A stretch of 64,000 nucleotides of DNA, taken from NCBI GenBank assembly GCA_050273025.1, contig CP158635.1:14136001-14200000 (forward strand), read 5' to 3'. Each line of letters begins with the position of its first letter. Positions within the stretch are counted from its first letter, which is position 1. Shown one piece after another: positions 39,001 to 50,311 of this stretch. Source of the stretch: Cenococcum geophilum. Lineage: Eukaryota. The position numbers and the translations under genes were made by a program. The notes beneath the pieces were generated by a model that had not been told where the DNA came from, made no database searches, and saw only the letters and a program-made list of their open reading frames with translations.

Positions 39001-41938
39001 TAAATTCTTAGTTATAGAAGTAAAATACCTTAAACTAATTATTACTACTAAGGGTGTCTATATAGACCCTAAAAAGGTACGTATAATTACTAAATAGAAA
39101 GCCCCTAACTGTATTAAGGATATATAAGCCTTCCTTAGTTTTGCTAACTTCTATTAGAAATTTATATATAACTTCTTAGGCGTAGTAGTACTACTTATAG
39201 TAATAATGCGAATAAAGGGCTTTTCTATAAAAGGAAGAAAAACGTACCTACGCTTTACCTAAACACCTAAATGCGAGAAGGCGTTCTAAGACCTTAAAAA
39301 TGCCTTTACTAAAGCACTTATCCTAGCTCACTTTATACTAGGATAATAAATCTATCTTAAAACCAACTCCTTAGACTACGTTAATGTAGGCATCCTTTCC
39401 TAAATAGGTAATAACGGTCTCCTTTACCTAGTTACATTCTACTTGTCTAAGCTTATATTATAAGAGTATAACTATATAATCTATAATAAAGAACTCCTTA
39501 TAATTATATAAGCGTTTAAAGAATTCTAATTAGAACTCTTCTTAGTAGAGCCTAACTAGCCAACTAAAGTCCTTGTAGACTATTATAACCTTAAGTACTT
39601 TATAACTATAAAGTAGCTAAACTAATACTAAGTATATTAGAACGAGTTCCTCTCTAGTTTTAACTTTAAAATTATATATAAACTAGAAGTATAAGGTACT
39701 AAACCTAATAGCCTAATACGCCGCTTATAAGACCTTCCCTAGTTTAAAGATAACCCCTATAATTAGTTCTAATAATAGACAATCCTAAAAGTATAAAATT
39801 TAGCCTTAGGTATACTATTTATAATAGAGCTAACTGTACCTTAGCTTTATACTATAGAACTAGAGTTACCTCCTAAAATTAATAAGCTTATTACTACGGT
39901 ATATAATACCTCTGTTAACCTATTACTATAAAGACTGCCGGCGCCTATATACTGCCTACTAACCTCTAAAGCTTAGGCTAAATTAATATAGTAGCCTTAA
40001 AAGTAAAAGAGAATAGGCTCTATTATAGAGGTCGCCTATTTATCCCTAACTTAGAAAATCTATAACGGCAACTAATCTAAATGGCCTACGACCTCTGATT
40101 AAGCGGCTACTTAGGTAAAAGAGGAACCTATAAGCTTTTTAGCCGATAATACTTCTAGCCAAAAATAATAGACTTAGTTAAATACTTTATAGGCGCCTAC
40201 TATAGTTATAAGCGCGCTAAGGCCTTTAATATAAAGTATTAAGGACTACTATACCCTCTACTAGTACCTATATAATAATAGGCAGATATTACCATAGATT
40301 TCGTTATTAACCTACTACCCTATAAATGATATAGCCGTACCTATAAGAACATCCTTATAATAATATGCCGACTTATAAAAAAGCGCCACTACGTCCTAAT
40401 TAAAGGCGTAGCCGTTAGCGACGTTACTAATACCTTTTTTTGCGAAGTTTACCGACTATATAGGTTACCTAACTTAATTATATCCAACTAAGGCATATAA
40501 TTTAACTCCGATATATAGAGACGAATCTGCTAACGCCTTAGTATCTCCGTTAAGATATCTATATCCTTCTACTATAAAACTGCTAGGTAACTAGAAAACG
40601 CTAATGCTAGTATAAAAGCGTACCTACGATAGGTAGTCGCCTATAGTTAAGATAACTGGGTAAATCACCTCCTATTAGGTAAATTTGTAGCGAATAACTA
40701 CGTCTTAACCACTATAGGACTTACCCCGTTCTTTGCGAATAAGGGTTATTACCTCTAATTTAGTATAAAGCTACCAGAACCTATTAATAGAAAACTGCTA
40801 TATAGAAAACGCCTTAAGATACTACTTACCGACTAGCATGTAGACTATATAAAAAATCTACTTAACTACTATAAGGGAGAAATGGCCTAGGCTTAAGTAA
40901 AGCAGGCCTACTTCGCTAACTACTATAGAACGCCGCTACTAGCGATGCGTATTAGCAACTAGGTATAGCTAAATATATATATTATCTCTACGTAAAGGCC
41001 TATAAAGTTACTTAATTATAAGAACCTTAGCCCCTATCTAATTAAACGAGTTATTAATAGGGGAGTCGTATATAAGCTAGAACTTCTACCTACCCTAGCT
41101 ACCCGCGGGATATGGCCTATATTTCACCTATAGCTACTACACCTTTATTAGCCTAACCCCTTACTAGGGTAGATATAGCCTAAACCCCTACTAGTACTAA
41201 TCTAAGATAAGAACGAAGATAAGAACTATAAGAAGTGGACTATTAAACAAATTATTAACTCTAAATACTTTAGCGAAGGTAGAGGACAATAGCTTTACTA
41301 CAGAGCTATATATATAGGATTTAATATAAATTAGCTAGAATAGCAACTATAGGAAGACTTTAAAAATGTAAAGGATCTAATTAGTAACTTTTATTACGCA
41401 AACCTATAGAAACCGGGCTTAAGTAAAGATTTTATACCTAATCCTCTATAGGAGCCCTTATAGAGTTAGACCGTTGTATATTACTATATAAGGGCAAATT
41501 GCCGTTAAATTGCGGCAAAGTGCGATTACGTAACTGGAATATTGTTAAGATATTTAGGAACTTTAACCAGCGGTTAAAGTTATCTAATTAGTTGGATTTT
41601 TAGATGCCAAGCCTTATTATATAACGTTATTTTAAACCTTTAGTAATACCCCCCTTTCTTCTTTTCTATACCTTAAGTGTCCCTTTTATATATATATAGT
41701 AACTATAGCGTTGCCGGAGCTCCGCCTTTATAAGAGGGGGGGTAGTATTACGGAACCCCACCATAGGGGCCTCTATAGGAGAGCCCCGTGCTCTCGCGTA
41801 CACCTTATATACAGCTTATATTAGCTACGCGTAGGTATATCACCTCCTTACGCCCTTAACCCTTGCGATTAATCGCGTAACGTCTTGTAGACTCCTCAAA
41901 TACATACGCTCTATAGCTACTACCCTCGTTCTATAATA
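30032..41938 (+). mobile_element. Gypsy B: complete RIPed chromoviral Ty3/Gypsy
   Basis: 193-bp LTRs at 30032-30224 and 41746-41938; TSD GCGTT/GCGTC; PPT AAGAGGGGGGGTAG. Order: gag, protease (INCGA), RT (AYLDNILIY at ~38885), RNase H (TNSLDY), integrase, chromodomain (~41230-41420). Confidence 0.93.
31510..37030 (-). mobile_element. Near full-length Tad-like LINE (ORF1 with Zn knuckles; ORF2 APE-RT-CCHC), RIPed, inserted in Gypsy B gag
   Basis: APE start (YNCGN...QEP-like, ~35200-35110), RT motifs (YRPIALENTL, PQG-like), C-terminal CECGW...KHVILLCP, family 3' UTR and TAA-repeat tail at the left end. Confidence 0.92.
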
Positions 41939-43131
41939 GCGTCCTACTTTAAGAATAAACTTACTACTACTCTTACTAAAGTGTAGAAGCTTTATAATAA
42001 TAGGGAGTAAATTTATACTAAAGAGCGAAAAGTGTTTAAGGCTTAACAGACTACTTACGCTTATTTAGTCCGTCTAGAAAAGGTTTATAAAAAGGTACGC
42101 TTTAAGGAGTAGCGTCTTACTAAATAAGGTCTCCGCGAGCTTAAGGCTAAGAAGGCTAAAAAGGATTTTAATTAAAAAGAGGCGGAAATAACCTATACGT
42201 TAGTAGTGGATTCCCTAAATAATCCGGCTCATTTATTACCTTTAACTAATCCCTTTATCTTTAACTCCTTCTTAATATTATCTAACCCGTTTTCTTCTAA
42301 TACTCTTATACCTTTCCTATAGCGTTCTTTAAGTTTTATAGTAGTTTCTAGATAGTCTCGTTATAGCCTATCTACTTTACTTTATACTATATCTTATTAT
42401 TAATATCCTTATAACTAATGATCTTTAAAACCTACTATTTATCTTCCTCTTATCCTCTATATATATCTACTTTATAAACTAGTAGTTTTATATCTCCGTA
42501 CGCTAGTTTTAGTATTATATTATACTATATAGGGTAAATCTTTATTCTTACTAGTAAGTTAAGTCTATATATAACTTCTAAAATCTTAGCTATAATTTTA
42601 AATAGTCCTAGTCTAATATAATCTAACTTTTTACTTAGTTGTTAACTTATAAATTTTTTATATAATAACTATACTTTATCCCCCTCCTTAAGATCTAGTC
42701 CCTTAGATCTCTTAGCGTTATAGTAACTTTTTATTTTTTTAATACTAATTTCGCTATAAAATAGAAGTTCTTATAAAGATTTATTAGAGTCTTTATTTTT
42801 TACTTTACCATGCTACTTATTTTCTTTACTTATCTTAATAATAATAATATCCTTAGCTTATATCCGTAATTTACCTAAAATAGTAATATCTCTATACCTT
42901 TCTATAGTATTGTATATATAAACTGTGTAACTAGTAATAATAATACCTAATTATTTTATGTATAATTAATATAATGCCTTAAATACCACTTTAGTGTCTA
43001 GTTTAACCTCTCTATCTATCTATTAGTCTGCGGGTAATATATAATAAAAGTTACTGCTCTAACTCCTTATTCCGCTAAGAATACCTCCTAAAATACTACT
43101 ATAAATCTTAAATCTCTATCTAATATAATCC

Positions 43132-45255
43132 TTTTTTTTTTAATCCGTTGTATTATACTACGTACAATACTGCGCATGCAGCCTCTGGGCTATGGCGCTA
43201 TAGTTCTATATACATAAATCCTTTCTAGGCAGCTTAATATGTACTAGTAGCTATATCCTAGTAGTTTATAAACCCCTAAATTAGGAGTTTATAGTTTCCT
43301 AGTAAAAATACTAAGATACTACAACTACTAGGGAATGAGAAAATGGTAAGAAAAACTATAAAGAAATCCTAACCCCTGTCCCTGTCCTTTTGCAATTTAT
43401 TTCTGTCCTTTTGCTCTCTACTATCTTTTAACCTAAGAGCCTAGTAGGAGTTACCTCCTTCTAGACTCCTATTAATTTTATTCTTCCATAGAGTCTTCTA
43501 CGCTAGTACTATGTACTAGTTTAGCTGCTCCAAGATTCTCGCAGTCTCTACTATTAGCAAAGTGTTTTTCTTTACAATTAATGCAAAGAGGGGTGGTATG
43601 CTTGCAAGGCCTGCCGCTTATTAAGCAAGTAGGACAGCAGTGGTCTTTAGATAGATGTGCAGCCGCACAATATCTACAGGCCCTAGTAGAGCATCTGTCT
43701 CCTATATGGCCAAATTTTTGGCAGCTATTACACTGCGTAGTAGGAGAGACTTCGAGGTATTTTACTACCTTAGTAGCTGTACCTGCAATTGATATCTCTT
43801 TTTGCTTGAGGATTTCTTGTCTTTTTTCTTCGTTCTCTATAGTAAAAACTATGGAGCCAAATCTGGTCTGTGGATCGTGTCTTTTTACACTAGATGAGAT
43901 CCATCTAGGTAGTCCTTGTATCCTTATAGGATTAAAAGTCTTAATTTCCTCTTTTAGAAGCTTAGAGCCTCCTTCTCCTAAGAAAGGTAGGGTAGGAACC
44001 CTATGGGCTATAATTTGAACCCATGGTTCTAGTTTTTGTTCTCTTTAAAAGGTAAAGCAGTTATGCCAGATCTCCTTATATTTAACTAGGAAATCTGCAT
44101 TATACTCTTCTGTAGTCGTAAGGAGAATATTTCGTTTTCCTTTAGTTCTAGCTATAGACGCTAGAACTGGCTTTTTTACTTGCAGTTTTGATGCAAATAG
44201 TTGATTGACTTTATTTCGTATAGAGAAGGTATCTAGAGGTTGGTCCTTTTTGTTTGTAATTAGGACTAGCTTCCTTTCTTATAGCTGCTTTTTCTTACTT
44301 CTAGTAGAAGTAGAACCCCTACTAGAAGGAGAAGGGGCAGAAGGTAGTGGTGGTGATAATGAGGAGGGTAGGGAGGACGAAGAAGAAGGGAGGTCCTTCT
44401 TTAGTCTCTCTGCGTAAGTATTTTTGGTAGAAGCTACCTCCTTACGGAGAGCTCTTACTTCTTCTACTAGTCCTTCTAGGACCTCTTTTGCCTCTTCTTC
44501 TTCTTCTTCTTTTGCAAAGGGGTTTTTTCCTATTAGGATATTTTGTGTATAGTCTACTAGCTGTCCAACTTGTTCTTCTTGCTCTTCTCCTTCTAGCCCT
44601 CTATAGGCCTGGATTAGGCTTCTTAAAGCCTCGCATAGATGTTCCTCCGGAGAAAGGGAAGAGAGAGGTATATTATGCATACTATCCGTAATAGTCGTTG
44701 GTTTTATTGTCTTTTTTGCAGGTTTTTGGTTTTCTTTTTCAGGAGAAGACTAAGGATGTCCTCTTTTTTCTCCTGTCCTAAACGGGCCAGGAGAAGGAGA
44801 AGGGGGAGAAAAAGTAGATGTAGAATCTTCATCACTTATTTCTATAGGAGGTTTTTTTTTAGACCTATTAGGCCTTGGCATTTTATATCTTATAGGGGGG
44901 TTTCTAGTTTTTACTATCTTTATACCCTTTCTCCTTACTAATCCTACTAGAAGATTTCTGGGGAGATTAGGCTAAAAGGTAGTAGAAAGACTAGCCCCTA
45001 TTGGTATTCGTAGTAGTAGTCGTAGTTTTAGTGTTCCTGTCCGTGCCTCGCTTATAAGCTAGGACCACCCCTAAGAAGAATTTTCTGCTAGGGGAAAGGG
45101 GGTAAAACGACAAATAAATCCACCTCTAGCTCGCTAGGCAGTGAGAATTAGGTCTTAAAAGTTAGGAAATCGATTGTTTTTAATGGTAAGATGGGTATGC
45201 GTAAGTTTTGAAGTGCGGCGCCACCTTTTGGTAAGGTTGCATGTGTGGTGAAGCT
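43132..45255 (-). mobile_element. ORF1-only polyadenylated non-LTR retroelement
   Basis: T10 tract at 43132-43141. TSD TCTAATATAATC(C/T) at 43119-43131 and 45256-45268. Single gag/ORF1-like frame (~44881-43500) with CNSCQKFGHIGDRC, CRYCAAAHLSKDHC and CINCKEKHFANSRDC. No APE or RT. Confidence 0.85.
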
Positions 45256-46660
45256 TCTAATATAATCTTATTTAGTACTCTATATCTTATAAATACTTCT
45301 TTTATATAGATTTTAGCAATATCTTCCACTAAGATTTCTTTTATATATACTATAAAGTAGCCCTATTTAATTAACTTATCCACTATTATAAGGATTATAT
45401 TATACTCCTATCTAGTAATAAGATCTTTTAACTTTAGCAACTTTATAATAAAGTCCTATAATATTGTCTCCTATAGACGTTCTAGTACTTTAATAGGCTA
45501 TAGCTTTCCGTATAGCTTATACCTTATTAGCTTATTTCTTTAGTAATTTAAATGTTTTTTAATAACTTTTTTTACTAAGCCCTAGATTCTATAAATAATA
45601 TATTTCTTTTAAAGTCTTAATACTAAGCCTATAGCTTTATTATATCCTTATATTATTCCCTTATAAAAGTCCTTAATAAACTTCTTTATAATACCCCTTA
45701 GGATATATATATTTTTTTCTACTTATACTAGTCCGTTTTTAAGTCCTTAAACTATACTTTTTAAATTCTCCTTATTTAGTTACTTTCCGGTAACTTATAC
45801 TCTTAAGTTACTATAATTTTAGGATAATTATATCTAATTAATTTATTACTATCTCTGCGTAGTATTACTCCTAATTTTTATTTTATTTATAGTTTAGCCT
45901 TTCTACTTAATATATCTGCCCTTAGTATACTAAATCTTAAAATAGTATTCTATAGGTATTTCTACCTATCTAACTTATCTTTAATTAAGTTCTTTTATTA
46001 TTAGAAACCCTATTAAGTTTTTATAATCCACCTTAACTATAAATAGTTTTTCTATACCTTATAAAAATGCTCTCTATTTCTTTAGTACTGCTACTATATT
46101 TAATAACTTCTTATTATAGATATTATAGTTTAATTCTGGTACTATTATCTTCTAACTATAGTATATTACTAAATGCTATACATTTCTATACTTCTATAGT
46201 AAGTATACTTCTAGTATAAAGTCTAATACGTCCGTTTCTACAACTGTCTCCAGTCCTAGTTAATAGATTTTAAGAATTAGTTCCTAGGTAAATAACTTTT
46301 TTTTACTTACTTTTTTATACTTATAGTTCCTCCTTATTTATAAGCCTGGTAAAGGGTTTAATATTCTTTAACTATTATATTATAAACTTCCTATAGTAGT
46401 TGCAAACCTCTAAAAATAACCTTAACTATATTATATTCTCTAGTTCTTACTAACTTACTATAGCTTTAATCTTCTTTAAGTCTATACTAATATAACCTAG
46501 TTTAATAATAAATTTAATAAAATTAGTCTTCCTAGTAAAGAACTTACATTTCTTAATTACTACTAGCATTTATTTTTCTTATAGTTTCTTTAAAACCCAT
46601 TTAATACATTCTCCGTATTCTTCCTTAGTTATTAAGTTATTATTATTATTATTAAGGTAT

Positions 46661-49528
46661 CTAGGCAGCAATTAAAAACGGGCTAGAAGAGCACTGCCCG
46701 GTCTCAAAACCGGGCCCCTACGCGCGATACGCATGGTCCGTATAATGCGCAATTCTTATTGCCAGCTAATAACGAGCAAGAAGAAAATACATAAGCAGCC
46801 ATAATCCTAAAGACGAGAGACAATATAAAGATATAAGAAACCAGCTAAAGAATACCCTAAAAAAAGAAGTAAGGAATAGCTGGAGATAGTTTATAAATAA
46901 GTATACTACTAACCTAAGCCTCCCCCATAATAAAGGTCTTTAGAGGATAGCAAAATAGGTAAAGAAAAAGGCAGGACATCTAGTAGAAGACCTACACCTT
47001 CCGCCCCTGCAAAGACTAGGTAAATTACTAGCTATAAGCGATAATAATAAAAAGGCAAAGATCCTTATAAAAAGATTTTTCCCTTAACCAGCTTTAGCAG
47101 ACCTTAGTAATATTATAGGTAAAGCACCGGTAACTTGCCTAAGGGTTAATAGTAATATAACAACCAAAGAAATGGCTAGAACTATTAGCCGCCTTTTAAA
47201 TAATATAGCACTAGGACTAGATATAATCCTAAATAAAGCCCTAAAGACCTACGGACCACTAATAGCACCTTAGCTTACGAATGTAGCTAGAGTATACTTT
47301 GTAATAGACTACTACCCAAGACTTAGAAGAGCTATAATAACGTTTATCCTACGTAAAGAAGGTAAAGCAGACTACTTACTCCTAGAAAGCTACCGCCCTA
47401 TTACCTTAGAGAATACCCTTAGCAAGATCTTAGAAAGGGTAATAGCGGACTATATAGCAGACACGGCTAAGGAATACGCCCTACTACCACAAAGCTAAAT
47501 AGGGGCAAGAAAGAACCACTTAACACTATTAGCACTTACGCTACTTACTGCTACCATTAAATCTGCATAGGCGATGCGAAGGGACTTTATAGTATTAATA
47601 CTCAGCCTAAATATTAGTGGCGCCTACGATAATATACCTTACGAGCGTCTCCTATATATCCTTAGGGTAAAAGGCTTCCTAGAATAGATTATATAATTTA
47701 TTTAAGGGTTTACAGGTTAAAAAGAAATATTACTAGTCTTTAGCGGATACTAAAGCCCCCCTATTATAGTTGCAATAGGAATATTATAAGGATTACCCCT
47801 CTTACCTATACTCTTCCTTTTCTTTATAAGTAACCTACTTAACTCCTTTAAGAAAGGGGCGACTTAGGGGATAGGCTTTATTAATAATATAAACCTAATT
47901 ATATACGGGCTAACAGCCGTAGAGAATTATAAAACACTAGAGAAAGCATATAATACCTATATAGAATAGGCAAGACGATATAAAGTCCAATTCTTACAAA
48001 AAAAATACCAGCTATTTTATTTTATAAGAAAACGCAACTAATCTATAGATCTTTAACATATAATTCGCATTTAAGGCTTTAGAAGTTAACTAGTTTAGGG
48101 CCTAAGAGTATTAGGAGTATAGGTAGACAGTAAGCTCTAGTGGAGCGTATATATAGTATAAGCGGCCTATAAGGGCTAAGTATAGTATATTATATTATCT
48201 AGGATTGTTAATTCTATATAGGGTTCATGCTTTTAGAGGTTACGCCTATTATATACAGCAGTTGTCTAGCTAATTATAATGTATAGGTCTAGTATCTGGG
48301 CCATTAGAGAATCTAATAAAGGTCCCCCTAAATCGCTCCTTAAACCACTCTAAAAGGTCTAAATAGCCTACCTTTAGAGTATAATAGGCGGATATAAGCG
48401 AACGGCTACAGCTCTGCTTAAGAAGGAAGCTAATATTCCCTCCCTACAACTATATATTAAAGCCGCTATAATATAAAGGGCGTAAAAGGAATATAACTCT
48501 AATGTTATAAAGTATATTAAGACACGCCTAAATAAACTATAGAGGGACCTTAGGGCGCCTTATAGGAGAATAAACTAACAACCCTAAAGTAGGGAAGATA
48601 TATTAGAGAAATAGGTAAAAAAAGCAGAAGAAAAATGGTGCTGCTTTAGGGCCTAGGCCTATATAGAGGAGAAAGGGAAACACGTAAGAGGCCAGTAAGG
48701 ATAATAGCAAGAGAGAGAAAGGAGCTAAAGTAGAGTATAAAAGAACGCTAGGAAACCATCTACCGTAATATAATACTGGCTAGACTAACGCTGGAGAGGT
48801 ATATAGGAGTTAAAGGTATAGAGGCTAACTAAGGCAAGAGGAACCTAAGCTATAGCATAGTTAACGCTATAGGGGGTAAACACCCTAGGGCTCTAAAAAG
48901 GCCTAATAAAGATAGAAAATATAATAGCAACGCTTTTAAGAATAGGAATAATAGGACTAAAAGACTAGCTCTACTAGGTGGGTATTCTAGTAGGTAGCCT
49001 AAGATACAAATGTAGCTGGCTAAGATAGATACCAAAACACGTAATACTATTATGCCCCTTACGCACTAACTAAAAAGTAATACTTTTAGTAGCTGGTACA
49101 GAGAACTATAAGACACTGCTCTTAATATAAAAAGGCCTTAAGGCGGTTACCTAGTGACTTATTAGCTAAAATGTACTAAACCAGTTCTAGGTTATAAAGG
49201 AAATAATAATAGAGGGCGGGGGGGTAAGCAACGGGTGCCCCTTAATAACTTTATAGTAGTAGAGTAAAGTATACAATACTAGCGCGTCTATAGGCTAGTT
49301 ACGGCAGCAGTGGTTCCTAAGAAGGTTAAAAAGTAAGGTAGTAGGAGTACTATAGGTGACTTATAGGCGCCTCGCAGGCGCCTTATAGGCGAGTCCCAAA
49401 AGGTAGGGAGATAGATTACGGGGTTTTCTCAAGTTAAGTCTTTTTTAAGTTAAGTTTTCTCCCTATATATAAATAAGGAGTAGTCCGCGTAGGCCTAATA
49501 GGGATCTAAATCAGACGTTAAGTAATAA

Positions 49529-49618
<90 letters not shown>
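46661..49618 (+). mobile_element. 5'-truncated Tad-like LINE inserted at the Gypsy A RT YLDD motif
   Basis: Reverse complement of about 31520-34378. TSD includes ATTAAGGTAT (46651-46660 and 49619-49628). Long (TTA)n tail. Confidence 0.92.

Positions 49619-49622
<4 letters not shown>
49529..49622. repeat. (TTA)n microsatellite tail of the LINE, about 31 units
   Basis: Directly visible; immediately follows the LINE 3' UTR. Confidence 0.95.
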
Positions 49623-49623
<1 letters not shown>

Positions 49624-50311
49624 GGTATACTATAATAAACTTATTAAGGTATTCTTCTAATATACTATTAATTTATTTCTAGAATATTACTAGTATATTT
49701 ATAAGTCTAAATTATATAACTAATAGTTTATATAGTCCTTCCTTTAACCTAAAGGCTATCTTTTATTTGCTACCTTCCTTAATCCTAATCTAATAGTACG
49801 CCTATCTTAGATCTATCTTTATAAAGATTTACGCATTACTTATCTAATCCTAAATTTTACTAATTAAGGGTAAAGGATACCTATCCTTTCTAGTAATGCT
49901 ATTTAATTATTTATAGTTAATATATAACCTAAGTTTTCCGTTTTTCTTTAGTATAAATAGTACTAAATATCTTACTAATAACTATAATACTCTAATATAT
50001 TCTTTTTATAAGTTTTTTTAAATAAACTCTTTAAGTGCTCTTAACTCCTCTTTAGTTAGTTTATAGATTAAAAAAACTTTAGACTTATTTCTAGTTCTAG
50101 TTCTATTTTATAGTCCTATACTATATACTTTAATAACTTTTTACTTTCTAGGCTCTATAGCCTTTTACTATACTTATAGTATCTCTTTAGTATATAACTT
50201 AACCCTTTTCCGGTTTCTTTATATATTGCTCTAACTTAGTAGCTATACGCCTTTTACGTTATTAAGTATCTCTAATATTAACTTAACCTATAATCTAATT
50301 AATTTTTAGAT

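Larger units (their letters stand above)
26830..50311 (-). mobile_element. Gypsy A: RIPed Ty3/Gypsy split by at least five insertions
   Basis: LTR end TAACA at 27236 followed by the PPT complement CTATCCCCCTCC. Integrase (IILDRD) at about 42600-45500, RNase H/RT at 45900-46660, RT N-terminal half at 49619-50300. Left boundary approximate. Confidence 0.75.

Noticed and set aside
43581..44018. 145-aa + strand ORF
   Set aside because: Antisense shadow of the minus-strand ORF1 zinc-knuckle region.
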